Assembly: GCA_950097015.1 (NCBI GenBank)
Contig: CATNEN010000010.1
Location: 1,426,001-1,490,000, forward strand
Length of the DNA: 64,000 nt
Direction of reading: 5' to 3'
DNA from: Macrostomum hystrix
Taxonomy: Eukaryota > Animalia > Platyhelminthes
The position numbers were made by a program, and so were the translations under genes. This document shows positions 60,258-64,000 of the stretch, one piece after another. Within the stretch, counting starts at the first letter, position 1. Every line of letters begins with the position of its first letter. The notes under the pieces were generated by a model that ran no database searches, was not told the DNA's origin, and saw nothing but the letters and a program-made list of their open reading frames with translations.

Positions 60258-61054
60258 ACTTCATGCGATAAAGCGATATCCATTTCTGATGCGGGGCAGC
60301 AGCCTCCCCGGAACCTGCATCTACATCGCAGTCGACCCCTACCACAAGCGCAGTTCGGCGATTGACCACGACCTGAACAGTCTCCGAGAGATATTTCAGA
60401 CACAGCTCAAGTACAAGTCCCTACCTTCTGGGAACCTCACTGCAAATAAGATGCAGGAGCTGATGCTCGACTTGCAGGAGGAGAACTTCAACTCGAGCAC
60501 TTCGTTCTTCTTTTTTGTGTCGTCACACGGCGCCAGTGACGAGGACAGCAACAAAAGCTACATTGTACTCGTAGGAATGGATCCAGTCAATACGAGAACT
60601 GAAAGCGCTGGCAAGCAGCTGATCAGCTTGAAAACTTCACTCGGCCCATCGCAAGAAACAGTTCCTTGAAGGGCAAGCCTTTCAGGTAGTGGAAATCTTG
60701 GTCTACGAGTCCTGCAGAGTCTACAAAACGGATATCTAGTCGCGCGCAGTCAAGACAGCAATTCGTGGAGTGACAAAGACTAACCAGAAGGAGAGTGTCG
60801 ACATGCTCGAAGTTTGCGCCACCACGCCGGGCGAAGCAGCTTTCAGAAGTTCGAAAGGCACATTGTTACTGCAAGAGTTCTGCAGGCAAATGAGGGAGCA
60901 TATGAAATCAGATCATCTGTGCGACATTCTGCAACGACTTCAAGAATACCTCAACGACACTCCAGTGGGACAAGACGAAAAAGGAGAGAATACCTACCAA
61001 ACAGTCCAGATAACAAACAATACGTTAACAAAGCAGATGTTCTTCTATCCGTGA
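60258..61054 (+). pseudogene. Caspase (peptidase C14) p20 + p10 domain, disabled
   Basis: YPFLMRG..PGTCIYI; SSHG (His codon 60526); SLKGKP; ILVYESCRV (Cys codon 60713); p10 DMLEVCATTPGEAAFRSSKGTLLLQEFC...Q...NNTLTKQMFFYP. Lesions: a frameshift near 60600, an 11-nt insertion at 60681-60691, and a TAG at 60737. Confidence 0.88.
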
Positions 61055-62428
61055 AATCGCCCGGCTCGTTAAATAGTTTCCGTAAAATGCGAACTTTAGT
61101 GCAGTTGACAAATTTCGCATTTAACTTAATAAAGTGCTTCTCCTCCCATCGTTTGTATTCAGGACACATTGTCCATATTCTAATGTGCTATTTTAGAATT
61201 AGCCCGAGTAAAGAAAAAGTGACAACACAATTATTAGCAGCCTAATAAAGTATGTAAAGCGTATCAAAGATGTTGCACCAAAGATAGTCATCACACAAGA
61301 CAGGAAGAGCTAATTGGCTAATGCATAAGTATACGAGTAGAAGCAGCAGAGTTTATTAACTAAGACTAGTTTCGAGTGCACATTAACCGTTAAATTATCA
61401 TCAAGAAAACGGTTGCGAATTGTAGCTCGCATTATATTAAAGTGAAGACAGGGTAAAAACTGTTTAAAGGGGTGAGAAGCCTGCTAGACGGTGGAAGGTC
61501 TAGACTATAATTGCAAGCAGCTTGCTTTGATTATGCTCTCTCTAAAAAATACTTTATTATGCGTCAGATTATTTAGTTTAAAGTAAATGGCTAGCAAATA
61601 ATCTTTGAAAGTACGCTCGTTCAACAAAATGTTCCTTTTTACTCGATCCATCGAAATTTTTACACAAGGCCAAATTAAGTGTTTTGAAATCGTTGTTGAA
61701 AAGCTGGTGTAATTATGCATTGAAAAAATAAACGAAAATATTGAAGGTAGCATCAACAGATAAAATTGATTGACAATTAATGATTTATCGTGAATATTTC
61801 TTTCTGAATACATTCAGCCTGAAAATTCACTCTGCACTAGTTACTTTAATTCGCAGCAATTAGCTGCTCAGCACACAGTTAGGGATCCCACAGAAGCAGC
61901 ACTTGACGGACTTGACAATGGGGTGCACCTTCACTTAAATGCGGCTGGGTAATAGCTCGAGTGGTTTGAAAGTGTTTCCGAACGCATTAGCGACGTTTTT
62001 AGCTATCCGAATGATACTTTAGACTTATCTCTTGTATCGACTGCCATATTCCAGCGTGTATTTATTTGATTAAAGTTCAGCTTGCTGTTTGACTTTCTAG
62101 TGAGGTTACCAAAAGGTATTGGCGTGCTATTAGCTGAACACTTTAGCTTGAAACTGCTGCAGCTTCATGAAGTAAAATATATACTCATTTGAAACTAGTC
62201 GAGGCATCTCAGCATCGCACATTTTTTTTGCCTAAATGCACGATCATCTACGAAGGCATAGCTACGGATAACTCTCCAGCTCGGTTTGTGATTCCATTAA
62301 TTCGCTGTTTTTACCGAAAAAATATTTACATTTTTTCCGACGTTTGTTTGCAAACTGTTTTTTCCTATTCAAGCCACCAGCTCAAAGAAGGGGAAGATTA
62401 TCTGCCTGTCTGCTTTCCATTTTCAACA

Positions 62429-64000
62429 ATGGCCCTGAGCTTGCATTTCCTACTTTCAATGTCAGCTTTCACTCTTCAATGCGCCACCTCAATAATTTCG
62501 CCGGACGAGGCTGTCATGTCGGCACTGAGGCTCGACACCGATTACAAAAATGGAGCCAGGCCGCCACCTGACAATGGCACCGCAAACACAGTCAATGCCT
62601 TTGTCTTCTTGAACACTCTGGCAAAAGTGGTTAGTGATTTTGCGAAAATTGAGTTCAGACGCAATTTTATTTCATTGCGATTCAACCCAACCAAACAGCA
62701 AACTCGTTATGTACATAGTTCCCTCCTGACCGAAGAGTACGATCCACTAGGAAACGTTTAGCAAAACCTTGGCTCACAACACGGCGGATGAATTATTTTT
62801 TCAGGATTCCACAAACCAGGAAATAACAACGAAGGTTTGGTTCACTATGGTAAGTCCAGCAAAGTTGACTGTTTACTGCCGTTTCACCAAAAATGCACCA
62901 AACCGAGTTGCGATTTGCAGCACTGGATTGATCTTCGGCTTTCCTGGCTGGGAAAGTTTAACTCAAGTCTAGAAAACATTAGCGTTGTGCATGTGCCCCA
63001 GAGCATGATTTGGCAGCCGGATGTAACTTTCTTCGACGCGTAAGTCATGAAAACATCATACAGTTTCCTCTTTAGCGAACAAGGATAAGTGGCAACTGAC
63101 AAGTCACTGACACTTTCCAGAATAAGCGTTACAGCATACTCAGTGATATCACAGACCTCTGAAGTGCGGAACACGGGGCTAGTGCTGACTGGCAATGGTT
63201 ACATCATCACATCGAAGTGCAAGATGGACATGCGCTATTTTCCATTCGACACGCAGACTTGCTTTCTGGGACTGCTGACCACCCAGCAACTGACGGGTGC
63301 TATTCGACTAAAAATAAAGCCGATATCCGAAAATGACTCGACTACTCAATACCTCTCGGGCAGCAACGAGTTCTGCATTTTTGGTGTCGACATTCTCAGT
63401 GCTGAACTAGGAGGCTATTATACGGCGGCAGTTAGGATTAGTTTCAAAGTAAGTCTGTCACATCTCTAAAAAATTATAACTTTGGGATCAATGATTAACT
63501 AGATTTAAACTTATACTGCACACTATTGAAACGAATGGCGAAACTTCCCTATGATCGCAGCGATTGCCAACCTTCTACATCGTCAACTTGATACTGCCGA
63601 GTGTTCTGCTCGTCGCTATTTCTACGATTCCATTCCGCCTGCCGCCCGAGTGCGGTGAGAGAATGTCATTCAGCATCACGATCGTGTTGTCCATGTGCGT
63701 GTTCCTGCAGCTGGCCGGCAACTATACGCCCACGCAGAGCGAGTCCGTGCCGCTCATCAGTGAGCTCCATTGTTTAAAAGTACAAAACAATCGAATTGCC
63801 TTGAAAAATCTGGACCAAAAGTTAATTTTGGTTAATTTTCAGCTTATTACACTGTGGCTACAGTTCTAGTAACTGGGCTGAATGTACTCTGCAACGCATT
63901 CGTGCTCAGCTGTCATTTTAAGCAGCGAAACGATGGACCGGTCAGCAATAGGGTCATTCGCTGGCTGTTCCTGAGAAAAAGAAGCAGGCAGATTGGGGTA
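62429..64000 (+). CDS. Cys-loop ligand-gated ion channel subunit, cation-selective type, 3'-partial. Exons 62429..62629, 62805..62849, 62921..63039, 63121..63448, 63561..63759, 63843..>64000
   Basis: Signal peptide; DSTNQEITTKVW; WIDLRLSW; IWQPDV; Cys loop CKMDMRYFPFDTQTC; pre-M1 RLPTFYIVNLILP; M1-M2 linker PPECGERMSFSIT; M3 present. All introns are GT-AG with consistent phases. Confidence 0.93.

Overview
Eukaryotic (animal) genomic DNA. An EF-hand + dynein-light-chain (TAL-type) gene points to a flatworm. GC-rich exons with minisatellite-filled introns fit a Macrostomum-like free-living species (inference). Bases 1-12336 are a near-homogeneous 85-bp satellite (~145 copies). Genes that follow: intronless TIM23 (-); two-exon group I PAK (+); a TSP1-domain single-pass membrane protein (+); a decayed piggyBac-like transposase (-); a 1501-aa hierarchical repeat ORF (+); a TAL gene with two alternative EF-hand first exons (+); a PLEKHG-type DH-PH RhoGEF (-); a secreted group-7-allergen/TULIP-like protein (-); a disabled ankyrin-repeat + caspase locus (+); and an orphan cation-type Cys-loop receptor (+) that runs off the window. 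Also present: about 15 mini/microsatellites, a 191-bp solo LTR with a 5-bp TSD, and three tRNA-derived SINE copies. Most interesting: the ANK-caspase architecture, the duplicated EF-hand first exon, and several minisatellites that are amplifications of splice-site or stop-codon sequence itself. All exon models were built by hand from splice consensus and reading frame; no database search was run.
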